Shown here: positions 24,565 through 38,669 of the stretch, in pieces
How the letters are laid out: each line of letters begins with the position of its first letter
Numbering within the stretch: position 1 is the stretch's first letter
Made by a program: the position numbers and the translations under genes
Source: Malacoraja senta
Lineage: Eukaryota
DNA length: 64,000 bases
Direction of reading: 5' to 3'
Assembly (NCBI GenBank): GCA_038087875.1
Contig: CM075977.1
Coordinates: 285,944,001-286,008,000 of the forward strand
Notes under the pieces: model-generated
What the model saw: only the letters and a program-made list of their open reading frames with translations
Database searches by the model: none
What the model was told of the DNA's origin: nothing

Positions 24565-25050
24565 GGCCACACACTCATTTCACCCCTGCCATCGGGAAGA
24601 AGGTACAGGAGCCTGAAATCTGTAACATCCAGGTTCAGGAACAGCTTCTTCCCTACAGCCATCAGGCTATTAAACACTACAACCCCCAATAAACTCTGAA
24701 CTTCAATAGACTATTATTATTACTATTATTATTATTATTGCACTACTATNNNNNNNNNNNNNNNNNNNNNNNNNNNNNNNNNNNNNNNNNNNNNNNNNNN
24801 NNNNNNNNNNNNNNNNNNNNNNNNNNNNNNNNNNNNNNNNNNNNNNNNNNNNNNNNNNNNNNNNNNNNNNNNNNNNNNNNNNNNNNNNNNNNNNNNNNNN
24901 NNNNNNNNNNNNNNAAATGTACACACTGAACGTTTTCTTCTCTCTCGTTTACCATATTGTTTACAGTGTACTATGTTTACATATTCTGTTGTGCTGCAGC
25001 AAGTAAGAATTTCATTGTTCTATCTGGGACACATGACAATCTTGACTCTC
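24565..25050 (+). mobile_element. Rex1 3' end spanning an assembly gap
   Basis: cacacactcatttcacccctgccatcgggaagaaggtacaggagcctgaaatctg matches the 3' part of 5407-6871; same 3' UTR after the gap. Confidence 0.8.
24750..24914. other. Assembly gap (165 N)
   Basis: Run of N. Confidence 1.
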
Positions 25051-25179
25051 TTGATTATAAGAAACATTATTCCACTTTAACTTCAGTGGGCTTCTGGATT
25101 GTTAATACCTAAGCAAGCTAATCCAAAATAAATTATAGGATGAGATATTGTGAGGATGGTGAACGAGTTGTATCATGGG

Positions 25180-25390
25180 AGGTACACAAAAATGCTGGAG
25201 AAACTCAGCGGGTGCAGCAGCATCTATGGAGTGAAGGAAATAGGCAACGTTTCGGGCCAAAACCCTTCTTCAGACTGATAGGGGGTGGGGGCGGGGAGAA
25301 GAAAGGAAAAAGGAGGAGGAGGAGCCCGAGGGCTGAGGGAGATATAGGAAGGGGAGGAGACATCTGAGGGAGAGATAGGAAGGGGAGTTA
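25180..25390 (-). mobile_element. Penelope-type terminal repeat fragment with hammerhead-like core
   Basis: Minus strand tcagtctgaagaagggttttggcccgaaacgttgcc...gatgctgctgcacccgctgagtttctccagc. Near-identical copy at 54080-54262. Confidence 0.7.
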
Positions 25391-28300
25391 TATCATGGGT
25401 GTCACTTAACAAAGAAAATAATACACTTTCTTCAGTGTTGGGCAGTGCAAAATGTCATCAATTGACTGTTTACTTTTGGTTTTACTTTAAATGATCTTGG
25501 ATCTTCTACAAGACATCTGGCCCTAGTTTCATTTGGGTCTGCAGCTGGGTCACTATAGGGAGCCACTTATCATGCAGTGAGGACTGTGGTAATAATGCAT
25601 GGAGAGGTTTATTATCTAGTCAACTCCAACTCCATGTGCGATAGCAGTTGGTTCGCCTGCTCGCAATCTCAGTGCCACCCACCGGCTGGATCAATCTTCT
25701 CCCTTTTGTCATTTGGGGTGTTGACAGGACACATGCCAGTACTTGGTCTCTGATCTCACACATGTTGGAAACCTGAACCACCAGTGGGATTCATGGTGGT
25801 GCAGAGTTATAAAGGAATCTCGCTGCTCTGGTTTCTACCTCTAGGGAAGTGCATGTCTGCCCTCAAGCCTCAACATTTTATAAACATTCAGGCATTTTAA
25901 AGCGCAATCTGTAAAAAATTGTTCTTGCCTCTAAAATGTTTAAGTATTGCATCATGTTATTGGCCCAATCAATAGCCTGGAATGTTGGAACATTGATTGT
26001 TTCCGATATGTATATCATATAATTTGGGTGAGAAATGTTAAAATGCATTTTTGACAGGAAATTGAGCATTTAGAAATTGACAGGAAAAGATGTTGACAAA
26101 GTATATTTACATTCTACTTATCCAATGTAATGATATATATATATATGTCATTGGTACATTGAACAGAGTTTTCCTCTTTGACTTGTAATTAAAAAAAAAA
26201 ATTATGCTGGATATCAAAATAATTCCTAGTGATTATTTTCGGAGCTAGGGTTCATTAACAGTTGGTAAGTTTTCTTAACTCAATGGTTCCATGAATGGTC
26301 CCTTAGCATTAACAACTGAGCCGCATGAAGCCCATAAAATCATAAGGACCCCCAGAGAAATATTTACAAATATCTAGCATTTATACTTCCCTATTTATAT
26401 TGTCAACCCTAACCATGACATTTTAAAGCCACTGTACCACTTACGAAACATGATTCACATCATATGATTAACAAACATAGCAGCTATTTTTTTCAAGACT
26501 ATTTTTTTCAGACATTGGATAACTAAAGAAAAATCTGTTTTTTTTGTGTTGGTTGAAGTAAAAATATGTCAAAGGTATTGGGAGAACTCTCATCTTGTCC
26601 TTCATTTCATGCCATCATATTGTTTTTGTCCACTTAAGTGAGGAAAAGGTTTCCAGTCAATGTCTCATCAGAGAGACTGCTCAGGACACCCTCAGTACTG
26701 CAGTGAATTATTTGTTTTCCCCCATTTCTAAAAGGATTGGATTTGAAATGTTAGTTCTGTTGCTGTTTTTCAGAGCTGCTGTCTGACGTTGAGTGTTTCC
26801 AGCATTTTTTACTTTTATATCAGATTTCCAACATGTGCATTTTCTTTTGATTTTCAACGTGCAGGTGGGGCTCCAAGTGATGACTCAGTTTATTTACCTA
26901 CAAATCTAATTAAAATGATACAAGATAGCAACTGCAATCCTGTTTCACTTTCTTTCTCTCTGGAGCTTTTGGAATTGGAACGTATAGCACTTTTTATGCC
27001 TGCAGCATTTATAAAATCATTTTCGCACTCTAATCTGGTGTTAGGGCTAATCACAGCAATCATTTGGCACATTAAAATCCGTGAAATCCGTTTTCCAATC
27101 TTCTGTGTTTTTTCCTTATTAACAAACTGGCTTTCAGGGCGATTGTTGGAGCATATCTTTAACTTCTACGGCACAGGCTATCAGAAATATTTCCAATCAT
27201 TTGAAAGAAGTGAATCAATCGTGCTGCAGCAAAAGAGTTGGCTAACTACGAGCTTTGTTCAACCTTTGACCCACTTAATTCCCCACTCATACCTTCACAG
27301 AAAGACCCAAATCAAGCAGGGTAATGGCTCCACATGTTCTATCAGCAAACCATAGTCTCCCAAGTGGCCATTCTTTATGTGTGAGTTTACTAAATGAATG
27401 TTAGCAGGCTACTTAACCTGAAGGCATCAAAGTCAGATCCAGTGCTAATGCCAGCTGACATCCGCATACATGCAGCAGGCATCATTGAACGATGAACAGT
27501 GATCATTATACAAATTATGTAGACCTGTATGACTCCTAGCAGACACTTGGGCTGCCCCTGCTCCTGCTTCAGGAGAATTATTCTTAAAGAGAATTACTTT
27601 TGAAAGGTAACAGTGGATTTGAAACAAATGCTCTACTCAAAAAGAGGCAAATACTTGGCATAAAACATTTCACTTCTACCTAGAATTTTCTTGCCCTTTA
27701 ATTATCTGCATTAAAATAGATATTATTTTATCATACCATAGAACACTAATGAGATAATAATGATGTTGTTTGTTGATTACTTAATATGTTGCAATCTACA
27801 CAAATGCCCTTTTCATTTGTAAACAGAGCGCTCCCTCCCATTGCTATTTTCTATGAATGTCTTCCCCTTCACTTCACAAATATAGTATTGAAAATGTCTG
27901 CTTTTAAATAATTGTTTATAATTTCCAATCTGTCATTATATGCATTGACATTCAATTAAAAGTACAGTGGCTTTAAATCAGATTAAATTAGAATATGAAA
28001 CCTCAGGCTAAAATGAGCAAACGTCTGGTATTATAATGAATTGATGTCAAATAATAAATCACAAAAAATCCAAAGAAAATTTGTTTTTTTTCTTAACACT
28101 CCTTAAGGAACAATGGTGTTTATTTCATTCATTTAAAGATCTGCAATGGTAACTTGGTAACAAGGTGACTGGAGGCTAATTATCAAAGGCAGCCCCAAGA
28201 ACTTTAAAGTAATGCAGGGAAGTTAATTAATGCCTAACAGGAAAATTCACACTTGTAGAACCACATTCACTACAATTTATTTTATAAAACACAGAACAGT

Positions 28301-31300
28301 ACAGCACAGAAACAGACCCTTCAGCCCGCAATGTCCACACCGAAGATGATGCAAAGCTAAACTAATCTCTGCCTGCACATGAATTGTATTGTTTTTTTAG
28401 GAATAGCCATGTTTGAATTAACTTGAAATCATGCATAAAGACGCATTGCTTCCCATTTTGTGAGTGCATCGACCATGTAACAAGGACCATGCCAGCTACC
28501 AGAATGTCCAGCATACAAACCCATTTGCAGTTTTCTCAAACTGCTGTCCTGTCCCCCCCACAACTTATTTTTCTCATAAACTCTCTTATTCAATATGCCA
28601 GCCAGGGTTGCCCAACCAAGGTTCCTTACATAATTTTTCTTTTCGTCTATTGCTCTGAAAAATGAATGAGTACATCGTTTATTCTTGTATTTTAGTTGTG
28701 TTGTACCTCTTAATGATTTCTTTATCTGAGGCATGAGATCTTTTGCATCATTCAGACTGTTATTGTCATGGACTATGTTTTTTCCTTACTGCTATAAATG
28801 CATTACTTCAGAATATTTGTATTGATAGTTCATTCTTCAATGCATGTGCACATTTCAGGTCTAATTAAATGGTTTGTTTGCATCTTGTTGCAGTACTCCC
28901 CAGCATTAACTATAAACCATTTCTAGTGATCAGAATCCATTAATCTATGACACACTGAGAGTAGGACCTTTCTTCATTCTGAATAATATCCCCGTAAAGT
29001 GGTCAAGAATTTAATGCAATTAACTTTACCCAAGCTTCTAAATTTCAAACATTATAACTGAACAAGATTTATTTATAATCATCTTTCCTAACACACTTAA
29101 ATCCATGCATGTACATATATATATTTCATTACTATGTTGCAGTAGACCCTATTAATTAGATGTTTCAGGGATACTGCTTTGGGGATGAGTTTGGTCTTTT
29201 TTTATCCATCATTTTTCTATAGGTTTATTCAATCACAAGAAATGTTTCACCATCATCCTTCCCGCAGTTGGAATGAGCTGCAAATAAATAATTATATTGC
29301 CATAAAAGATGCAGTTGGTGTATAATGCAGTTGCAGTTGGTTTCATTCAGCGAAAGGAGAAATAAAATTGGGCAATGGCCCAACACTGGATGTACATGAT
29401 AATCCAGCTTAGTTTCAGCGATTACCTTGGGATGGGGGAGGGTGACCTGGAAGAGTGAATTTCCCACATAACTTGTAGAGTTTCACTGCAAGATATCTTT
29501 AAATGTAGTACTCATCAACTGGAAGCTTGGTTGGCAGATTGCAAACCATTTGGACAGTGCTGAAGCCAACGAGACCATGTAGGTGTATTGAAGAAATAAC
29601 AAAAACACATTGGTAGTGGTTGGAAACGGGTAGTGTTGATGAACAGCAGTGGACTATTTAGTGGACCTCAACTGTGTGCCAGGAGATGAGGATAGTGTTG
29701 GGGACTTGTGTCTTTCGAATAGCAGTTGTAGCTCTCTGGATCACTGAGGGAGGAGTAGGATTAAATGGTACTCACTTGGTGCCCAGGAGAAGAAAATATG
29801 AGATGGTGGTGATGAAAATAAGGGGATGTTGGTCTGTTGAAGGTCATAGCATCTAGTGGTGAGGGGATCAGAAGATGATTGGAACAAACACTAAGTGCTG
29901 GAATAACTCAGAGTGTCAGGCAGCATCCCTGGCGAACAAGTAGAGGTGATGTTTCGGATCATGGCACTTCTTCACATACATTGCAGGTCAAGATTCTTCT
30001 CCTGTGATGCTGCCTGCCTGCTTAGTTACTCCAGCTCTTGGTGTCCTTTTGTGTATTAAACGGCATCTGCAGTTCTTGGTTTCTACATGATTGGAATGGG
30101 TTGTTGGTGTTTGTGAGGACCCTATTATGTTTGGGAGATCCAAGTGGGAGGTGGCGAAAATTGGAGGATGGCTGTAGATTGTTGATTATGGGAGTTGGAA
30201 TATGGTTTAATGGGTAGATAATTATGTCTGGAGTAAACACTCTGCTCTGCCCGGCCCACATAGTATCAGACCCATCTCATGGGCTCAGTCCTTCTCCTTG
30301 CTTTCAGGTGATGAATAACCCTGTGGTTTAAAGTAAAATGGCTATTTAAATGGAAGAATAATAATTAAGTGTCCAACCCAGATCCATGTGTGGATTCAGA
30401 ATCTCGCCCTCATCCCAACAACATTAAAAGCAGAAGTAGGCAGGTTTGGCTTCTGGCCCAAAGTGTTTGCATTGAATGCTTTACCACAGCCCAAGGATTT
30501 AGCTCAAGGAATTCCATCACTATAAAATAAAAGCACATGTTCTGTAGAAGTTGGCATACATTGAATATACATTTATAAAGCATGAGGCAGAAATTCATGT
30601 TTTCATTTTTACAAATCTAACATTAAACACAACAGGGTGGATAACTTTGAATGCTGAGGACAATACATTGCATCCATTTGATGAGCAATTATTTTGCTCG
30701 GAAAGAGATTTTATCTACACTTCATGGATAATCAACCTGGCAACAAAGAAATGCATGAACAGAAATATTCTATACAAACTCTTCCATTCATTGAGATCAT
30801 GCTGATCTCTGATCCAACTCCATATGCTCACCTTTTCACCATACCCATTATTATTTTTGAATAACACAATCCATCAAACTCAGATTTTAAATTACAATTG
30901 TTCTAGTTTCCACATCCATTTGAGGTAGAAAGGTTGAAGTTTCAAATGTTCTCTGCATGTATAAGCATTTCCTATTCTCATTTCTGAATGGTATGCCTCA
31001 TTTTTTTTTATACAGGCCGCGAGCACGGATCCCCAACCATTAAAAACAGTTTCTCTCTGTTCAACCTATTAGTTCCCTTTAAAAGTTTAAACAATGTAAT
31101 CAAGTCTGAATCTTCTAAATTCTGCAGAGTACATTCCTGATTTCTGTTTTCTCTGTTTTTTTAATCATGGTAATTTAACCCTATTCATACACATTTTACT
31201 GCACATCCTTTAAAGCCAATATATCCGTTCTATGGTGAGGCACCTTGAACTGCTCACAGTTCTCAAAATGTAAACTAACCAGTGCTTTGATAACAGTACA

Positions 31301-31441
31301 ATTTCTTCCCACTTGTACACAAATTCTCCAGATGTAAACACTGGAGAATTTGTTATTTCCCATGTACATGAACCAGTAAACTGCCTCCTATTATCTTCTG
31401 CAGGTGATGGCTGAGGGAGAGAAACTCCTTATTAACATTAA

Positions 31442-31882
31442 AGGGGCTGTCCCACTTGGGCGACCTAATTGGCGAGTTTAGAAGAGTTTGAAAAAATGAC
31501 ATGTTGAAGACCTCCGTCGACTGTGTAGAAGACCTCCTTCGACGATGTTGAAGACCAGCTTCGACTAGCTAAGACTATCTACAACTAGCTTTGACTACCC
31601 TTGATTACCTACGACTAACATGCCGACCTACTACGACTGAACCTATGAGTAAAAAAGGATAGATTTTTCCCATGGGGACCTTTTTTACTCGCGGGCATTT
31701 TTCAACATCTTGAAAAAAACGCCGCGACCTAGCTGAGGCCTCGAGTACGCGGAGACCACTCTCGAGCATGAAGGAGAGTTACCAAGATCTCCTACGACCT
31801 CGTGTCGATCATGCTGCGAGTATGAGTCGAGGGCAAACTCGCCAGAACTCGCGGATTAGGTCGCCCAAGTGGGACAGGCCCT
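31442..31882. mobile_element. PIF/Harbinger-like MITE
   Basis: TIR aggggctgtcccacttgggcgaccta / taggtcgcccaagtgggacaggccct; TAA / TTA flanks. Confidence 0.8.
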
Positions 31883-32468
31883 TTAGACTTTAAAAAGATG
31901 GTAGTGGAATCCACTGAGGAAATTAAGGATCCAGAACAAACACAAATGATGATCCTTTTTGGCAGCTGGTGAGCCAGATCATAATAAATATGATTGATAA
32001 TTCATGATCAAGTCTTGTAATACATGGTTAGAATCTGGAAATATTAAATGACAAAAGGGATAATAGTGTACGGATTTGATGAGAACGTGTTCTTCAAATT
32101 TATGGCGATTTTTTATTGGAACAGGGTGGGAAGCCAAGGTTAATAAAGTCAGATTGGAGTTGAAGTAAAATGGAGAAATAAAATAGCAAGCATTCATAAG
32201 CCCAGAGTCATTATAATGGGTTCAACAGAGGTGTTCAGCAGATCAGTCTCCAAATGTGCATTTAGTCCCTCCACTTTTTGTATGCTGCAATGGTAGCAGT
32301 TTATATATTTATGTCTAGGGTTTACATCCAGGTTTCAAGAGTTGTCTGCCATGCGCCCCGGACAAGCTTAAATGAATCCATTCACTGCTTGACTTCTGTT
32401 ACTGCAGTTGCAACTAAGATTTGATCTAACATTCCATCTTTGTAAAATGTAGCTAGATCTTTCTTGTT

Positions 32469-32644
32469 TAAGAAAGAACTGCAGATGCTGGAAAAATCGA
32501 AGGTAAGCAAAAAAGCTGGAGAAACTCAGCGGGTGAGGCAGCATCTATGGAGCGAAGAGGGTCTTGACCCGAAATGTCACCTATTCCTTCACTCCACAGA
32601 TGCTGCCACACCCGCTGAGTTTCCACAGCTTTTTGTCTACCTTT
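32469..32644. mobile_element. Short palindromic Penelope-derived insertion with 17-bp flanking duplication
   Basis: Inverted copies of gctggagaaactcagcggg..ggcagcatct. Direct repeat gctagatctttcttgtt at 32452-32468 and 32645-32661. Confidence 0.75.
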
Positions 32645-34944
32645 GCTAGATCTTTCTTGTTCATTCGTACCTGGTTTCAGGGCTACTCATGCACATTGTG
32701 GAATGTCTATTCCAAGTATTCTTACTGAAGAGTCAATGATGGCATTTTTGCTCAGGGCATTGACACCACCAAACTACATTTGGAGTCTTTCCTTCAGTGG
32801 CCCTATATCTGTGCCATGATCTTGACTTATCTTCAATCTTGTTGAAGTTTGGATGTGATCGATATGGTTCACCATAGTTAGGTGCCAGTGACAGCCTTCA
32901 GTAATGATACACATCCAGAGGGAGCAGCTGTTGATCTATCTTGGAGTGTAACAAATGCAGAAAGTTTGCAGCAAATTAATGTTGCAACTAGTTGAGGAGT
33001 CCGCTGTTGCAGCACAGTTGGGAGATCACTGGTGCAGCTTAGCCAGCAAGTTCAGAGCTTTCATATTTCTGCACAAATTACTAACTTCTTACGCCGCTGG
33101 TGGGAAGAAAGCCCAAAATTCAATGTTGAACTGCCAGCAATTCTCAACATGTCCCAGACTAACAACCTGATGTTTAACAGTGGAATCACAGTCCATGGGT
33201 AGATATGAAAATATGTCAGTGAGTTAGCGAGAATAGAGTATGGTTATTTCCTGAGATAGACATAAAGTGTTGGAGTAAATCAGCGGGCCAGGCAGCATCT
33301 CTGGAGAAAATGGATAGGTGGTAGATCCATTATCTCCAGAGATGCTGTCGAACCCACCGAGTTACTCCAGCATTTTGTGTCTACTTTTGTATAAACCAGC
33401 TTCTGCAGTTCATTTTCATTACATGGTTATTTCCTTTTGTTTTAAGAGTCTTGCCACAAAGTCCATATATTGGTATTTTGGATGTTATGTAATGGTCTTA
33501 TTTCTCGGCAACCCATCCCATTTTATTCCCTATAAGTTACATGATCTCACGGGCTCTTTGTATACTCGCCCAATGTGAACTCCACTATAGAATGATTACC
33601 TTTATTTAAAGTATCAGCAACAATTACATGACTGACATTAACAAAGCCAAATTCTGTAAGTTTTCTGATGCCTATCAGGATTAAGATCCATGTGCAATTT
33701 CTTTCGCTCACATCATTAATTATGGAAGATTTCATTTTATGTGAATGGCCAATTTATGAAGAGCTGTAGAAATTGTGAACGATAACCTATCATTAGAAAC
33801 TGGACCAAATCCCATTTTTTGTCCGCAGCTGTCAAAAAGAATATTTCATGGAGTCAGTCTGGATCTGATCTAAAGTCAGACCTCAAAGATGAAAGGATTG
33901 CATTCTAATCCATTATGGCATTCAGTCTCCCTCATTTGAACGGCTACTTTATGTTGATTAGAATTATCCTCCTCTTCTGATCTAACTACAGATGGTCTGT
34001 GGAGAGGATGCTCAATGACCTTATTTACAGTGTCTGACATTATTTTACATGAGCATCTCTTTGGAGGGCCACCAATGCAGGCATCATCTGCTCCTGCATT
34101 TAAACATCATAATCTGCCTGATGCCAGGAACAAAAGATTGCATGTTACAATCCCCATCCTTCACCGGAGCCTGGCTACCTGACACATCAATTTCATAACC
34201 TTGGACAGCCTCCTTGAGATATTGGCTAAAAGAAAAGCTTAGAAATTGGATACTGACGTTTGCAGGCAATCAAGTCCATATGTTTGAAGTTCTTGTCATT
34301 TCAGATGCAGTTTGAAGGCCCTGAATGCAATGTGAAAACAAAACTGACAATGACAGCTCATCACACAGAAGAAAGCGATTCTTGTGATGCTGGTGCTGTC
34401 GATGATACAGATGCTGCATCAACACAGGGATGCCACTACTGACACATGTGAACATCTACACCATATCCCATTGAGAAAAGATCATTACTTCTCATGAGAT
34501 TACTGCTCTTGTGATCCTAAAGGTAATATCAAGAGCAGTAATCACACTCATCAGTGCACAGAGCTGCTTCAAAAACTTTCTTAAAAAGACTTGCTTTTCT
34601 ATTTCAACATGCTAAATTGGTCAATGTGAAAACTCTTTTTAATACCACTATGTTTGTTTCCCTATTCATGAGGTACTAATAAAAATAAATTACATATGTT
34701 TAATGTGGGCCAACAATCAATGTATCTACAATTCTATCATTTCATCCATGGCTTGTTCAGTGATCCCTCTTTTGCATGGCTCAGTGTGGGGTTGATCCCT
34801 CCTTGATAGAAAGTGAAAATCTATGCCTCTGCAGATCTGAAAGAGGAAATTTATTTAAATCATCAAAGATTCAAGGCCGGTTTGGGTGGAAGTGGGCTCC
34901 TGTTTTGTGGCTACAGGTCAGATAGGTTTGATGCCATAGATTCA

Positions 34945-35960
34945 AGCACACAGAACAATACAGCACAGTAACAGGCCCTTCGGCCCACAACACTTGTGGC
35001 AAACATGATGCTACATTAAATTAATCTCATCACCCTGCACGTGATCCATATCCCTCCATGCCCTACATATCTGCGTCCCCATCTAAAAGCATCTTCAATG
35101 CCACTATCCTATGAGCCTTCATCACTGCTCCTGACACTGCGTTCTTGACACTTACCACGCTCTGTGTAAAAAACTTGCCTAACACATTTTCTTTAAACTC
35201 CTCTCCTCTGAACTTAATAAAGCTATTATTGACATTTCCACCCTGGGAGAAATGTTTTGACTATCAACCCTATCTATGCCTCTCATAATTTTAAAAGCTT
35301 CTACCAGGTCTCCCCTTTGATGCATTGGAAAAAAACACCCTCATTTTTCCAACCTCTCATAGCTAATATTGTCTAATCCAAGAAAGCTTTTTATCAGGAT
35401 GCATCACAGCTTGATTTTTTTCTAAACAGCTCCATCCAAGACCAAAAGAAATTGAGCATCAGGCAAAATAAACCCCCTTTAATTGACTCCATCTACACTT
35501 CATGCTGTCTCAGATAGGCCACCAGTATAATCAAGGACTGGTCTTACCCCAATCATTCCCTGTTTTCCCTTCTCCCATCAGGCAAGAGGTACAGAAGTTT
35601 GAAAACCATTCACGGACAGTTTCTTCCCAGTTGTTATCAGGCAACTGAGTGATCCTCTCATCAGCTAGGATGTGGTCCTAACCTCCCATCCACCTGATTG
35701 GAGACTTTTGAACTATCTTTAATTAGACTTTATTGATCTTTATCTTGCACTACATGTTGAACTCGTTATCCTTTATTGGTGCACTGTGGATGATTTAAAT
35801 GTAATAATGTATCGTCTTTTCTATGACCGGATAGCGCACAAACAAGAGCTTTTCACTCAGCCACCATACACGTGACTATAATAAACTAAACTAAACTAAA
35901 ACTAAATCCTTCCTGCAATAAAGTGACCAGAACTGCACAAAATAGTCCAAATGTAGCCTA
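34945..35960. mobile_element. Old minus-strand CR1 3' fragment interrupted by a plus-strand Rex1-like 3' fragment (~35390-35905)
   Basis: cacagaacaatacagcacagtaacaggcccttcggcccac is a CR1 tail in antisense. PLPSGKRYRSL-type segment ending in (CTAAA)n. Confidence 0.6.
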
Positions 35961-37870
35961 TTTTTTTCCTCAATTTTGATTGCTTATAGCAACATCCTAA
36001 ATATGAATCTTTATTTACTGGACAATCCTGGGTGATCTTGGAAAAAGCTGGAAACTATGACCTCTATTGGTCATGCGTCAGACAATCAGATAGTCCTTCC
36101 ATTAAAAGGCTGAGCAGGAATTCCCTCAAAACTGAAATCTGTCAGATTGCCAGATGATCCTTGTGGGAGATACAATAACAGCAACTCTTTGGATAAAAAA
36201 TACACACTTTGAGGATATTACTCTCAAATTTATCCACTAAGATTAGGGATAACACCTTGTGCAAGAATGCAAAAATATAAAATGCATTTCAGTATATCTG
36301 AACAATAATCCACTTTGTTTAACAGAATTCATATAAAATGTATTAAAACTATTTGAACAGTAATATAATAAATGACATGCATGATAATGAAATATCCAAT
36401 CCACATAAAGAATAATAGATAAAGACAAAGACACAGTGCTGGCGTAACTTTATCTAAACCAGCATCTGCAGTTCCTTGTGTCCACATTAGACACATACAC
36501 CTGTTTTAAATCTTTCTTAACGTGCACAATTATTAACTAGTGTTCACAGTAAATGGCATTTTTGAACAAAAAATGAGTAATACTTTCATACAATGGCATT
36601 CCAAGCCTCACAGATTTACAAGATTTGATTTCATTTATCCTTGAGATGCAAGATCAGAACTTATTGAGCAACCCTTCATGCATGGACAAGGAGATGTTGG
36701 GTATATGCCTTGAAATACAGTGCCCCCAGCATCAATAGTATTGCTACATAGGATGTCCATCAGCCCCAACATACAAGCAATTCCAGCGTGATCCAGTAGC
36801 AGTGAGAGACGTATCCGCATGCCTTCTCTACACCAAGCTTGACCAATGACATTAGCAGTCCTTTTCAAATTGTGAACTAAATCTGTATTATCATCATGGA
36901 TCATGTCATAAATCCCAGTATTGTCTGACTAAAACTGTATTGTGGCAAGAATTTACTGTATCCTGATTACAATAATCTTAATATAAGCCATTTCACACAA
37001 TCTATACTTTCCAAGAATAAACATCAAAATTGGACCTGACTGCCAGTGAGGTCAGATGAGGGCAAACTAACTGGAAAGGAGCATCAAGTAACCTGCTGGA
37101 GGCACAGTGGATCGATCAGCATCAGTGGGGGGAAGAATTATCAACGGTTTTGGAGAAAAACCTGCATCAGGACAGCTAAATAGAAAGGAGGTTCTGTTTA
37201 ATTGATCATTGACTAAGTCAGAGCACAAAAATTCAAATTACTACTAAAACAAAGCCAATAGGTAATCAAAAATACAAGATTACACAAAAACACAAAAAAA
37301 AGAGTAAGAGAAGAGCTGGGAAGACAGAAATACATTTCAGTTATTTATCTAAAATATGTAAGTTGCAAATCATTATAGCACTAATACATTTTCATGTGAT
37401 AAATAGTATCATTAAACGTATGAATGGCTTTTCAGCATTAATGGATGAACTGAAATCTCAAAGTAAATCACCTTCACAAGAGAATTATTTGGTATTGGTG
37501 ACAGTGTGAGGATTAACAGTTGTAAAGTGTCTGGATCCAGTTGATGATTATTAAAATGATTAGCATAAAGAAACAAGGAGATTGTGCTGTGTTTCTGAAT
37601 ACTCAAACAACCTCGGCAGAATAATTCATCGTAAAGGTCACAAAAGCAAGGATTTTGAAATCTATCGTCTCCCATTCACAGCAGGCTCTCAGAATAGCAA
37701 AACAAAAACACACTAGCTGCTGAAGAATGCATATTGTATCTTTGCAAATTATACATATCGGGCAGGTAAAGCATTCCAACACTACTGATAGTTGCAATCT
37801 ACCACAGCCTTGACCTATAATGGAGCTCAGGAATGTTGAAGCTCTCCGATTGAATGTGAAGGGCAGAGCT

Positions 37871-38035
37871 TTAGCTGTCTGTCTCTCCGTGCACATTTTC
37901 CATATGGACCTTGAGGTAGTCATTTCTTGTAAACTTCTTGTGGCAGAGTTGGCATTCTGCCATTGGTCGATTTGGGTTGTGTGTCAGTTTGTGCCTAATC
38001 AGCATTTTTTTCAAGCTGAATGATAAATCGCAGAC
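37871..38035 (-). CDS. PRDM5: PRDM5 last coding exon (C-terminal C2H2 zinc fingers)
   Basis: Acceptor ttccttatttcag, then [54 protein letters not shown]. Closely matches the vertebrate PRDM5 C-terminus as I recall it. Phase 0; TAA at 37871-37873. Not in the ORF track. Confidence 0.95.
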   Translation of the reverse strand, partial: VCDLSFSLKKMLIRHKLTHNPNRPMAECQLCHKKFTRNDYLKVHMENVHGETDS

Positions 38036-38669
38036 CTGAAATAAGGAAGAAACAAAGCCGTCAATGGAAAATTTCAGATGATTCTCAGGCCAGGTTTTGT
38101 AACTTGCTATTACAAGGCATACAAGAGAGTATGCTTAGAAACAATGAGCTGGATGACTTCATCCCATAATGTAATTTTCAATGATTTAAAGTTTATTTAG
38201 TTGAAGTATCTTGATAGAAGGCATACGAGACAGTATGCCTTCTATCGAGATACGTCAACTAAGTATGTTTAAAATCACTGAAAATCATAGCATGGAAGGA
38301 AGTCATCCAGCTCATTCTGCCTGGACTAATGAAGAGCTAACCAGCTAAATCCCAATTTTTTGTATCTGCTCCAGGTTATAACTGGTCATATGCAACTATA
38401 TTGCAAACACAAGGAGCACTCCAGCTTACACCACTCTTCTAAGTAGTAAGTTCTTTGTTTCACTATCCTTTATTGAGAAAAATTCTCCTCAATCCTCTTA
38501 TCGAAAGAATTATGCCACTCCAACATTTAAGCCCTTTGGACCCGGAGAACAGATTTTAACAGGAAGAAGAAGGCCAGTGTGAGTGTTAATTAAAGTACAT
38601 ATCTTCAGCTAAGGTGGCATCAGGGAGTCCACCATCAAAATAATCATCAAATTGTCAGTGATAGACCCT

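Noticed and set aside
24703-24955. ORFs containing X runs (also 55110-55669)
   Set aside because: Artefacts of assembly gaps.
26789-27355. 188-aa ORF as a host gene
   Set aside because: TTG start, no recognisable domain, begins in a repeat remnant; likely a chance ORF.
37100-37870. PRDM5 polyadenylation site
   Set aside because: No convincing AATAAA on the minus strand near the stop codon; the 3' UTR end cannot be fixed from sequence alone.
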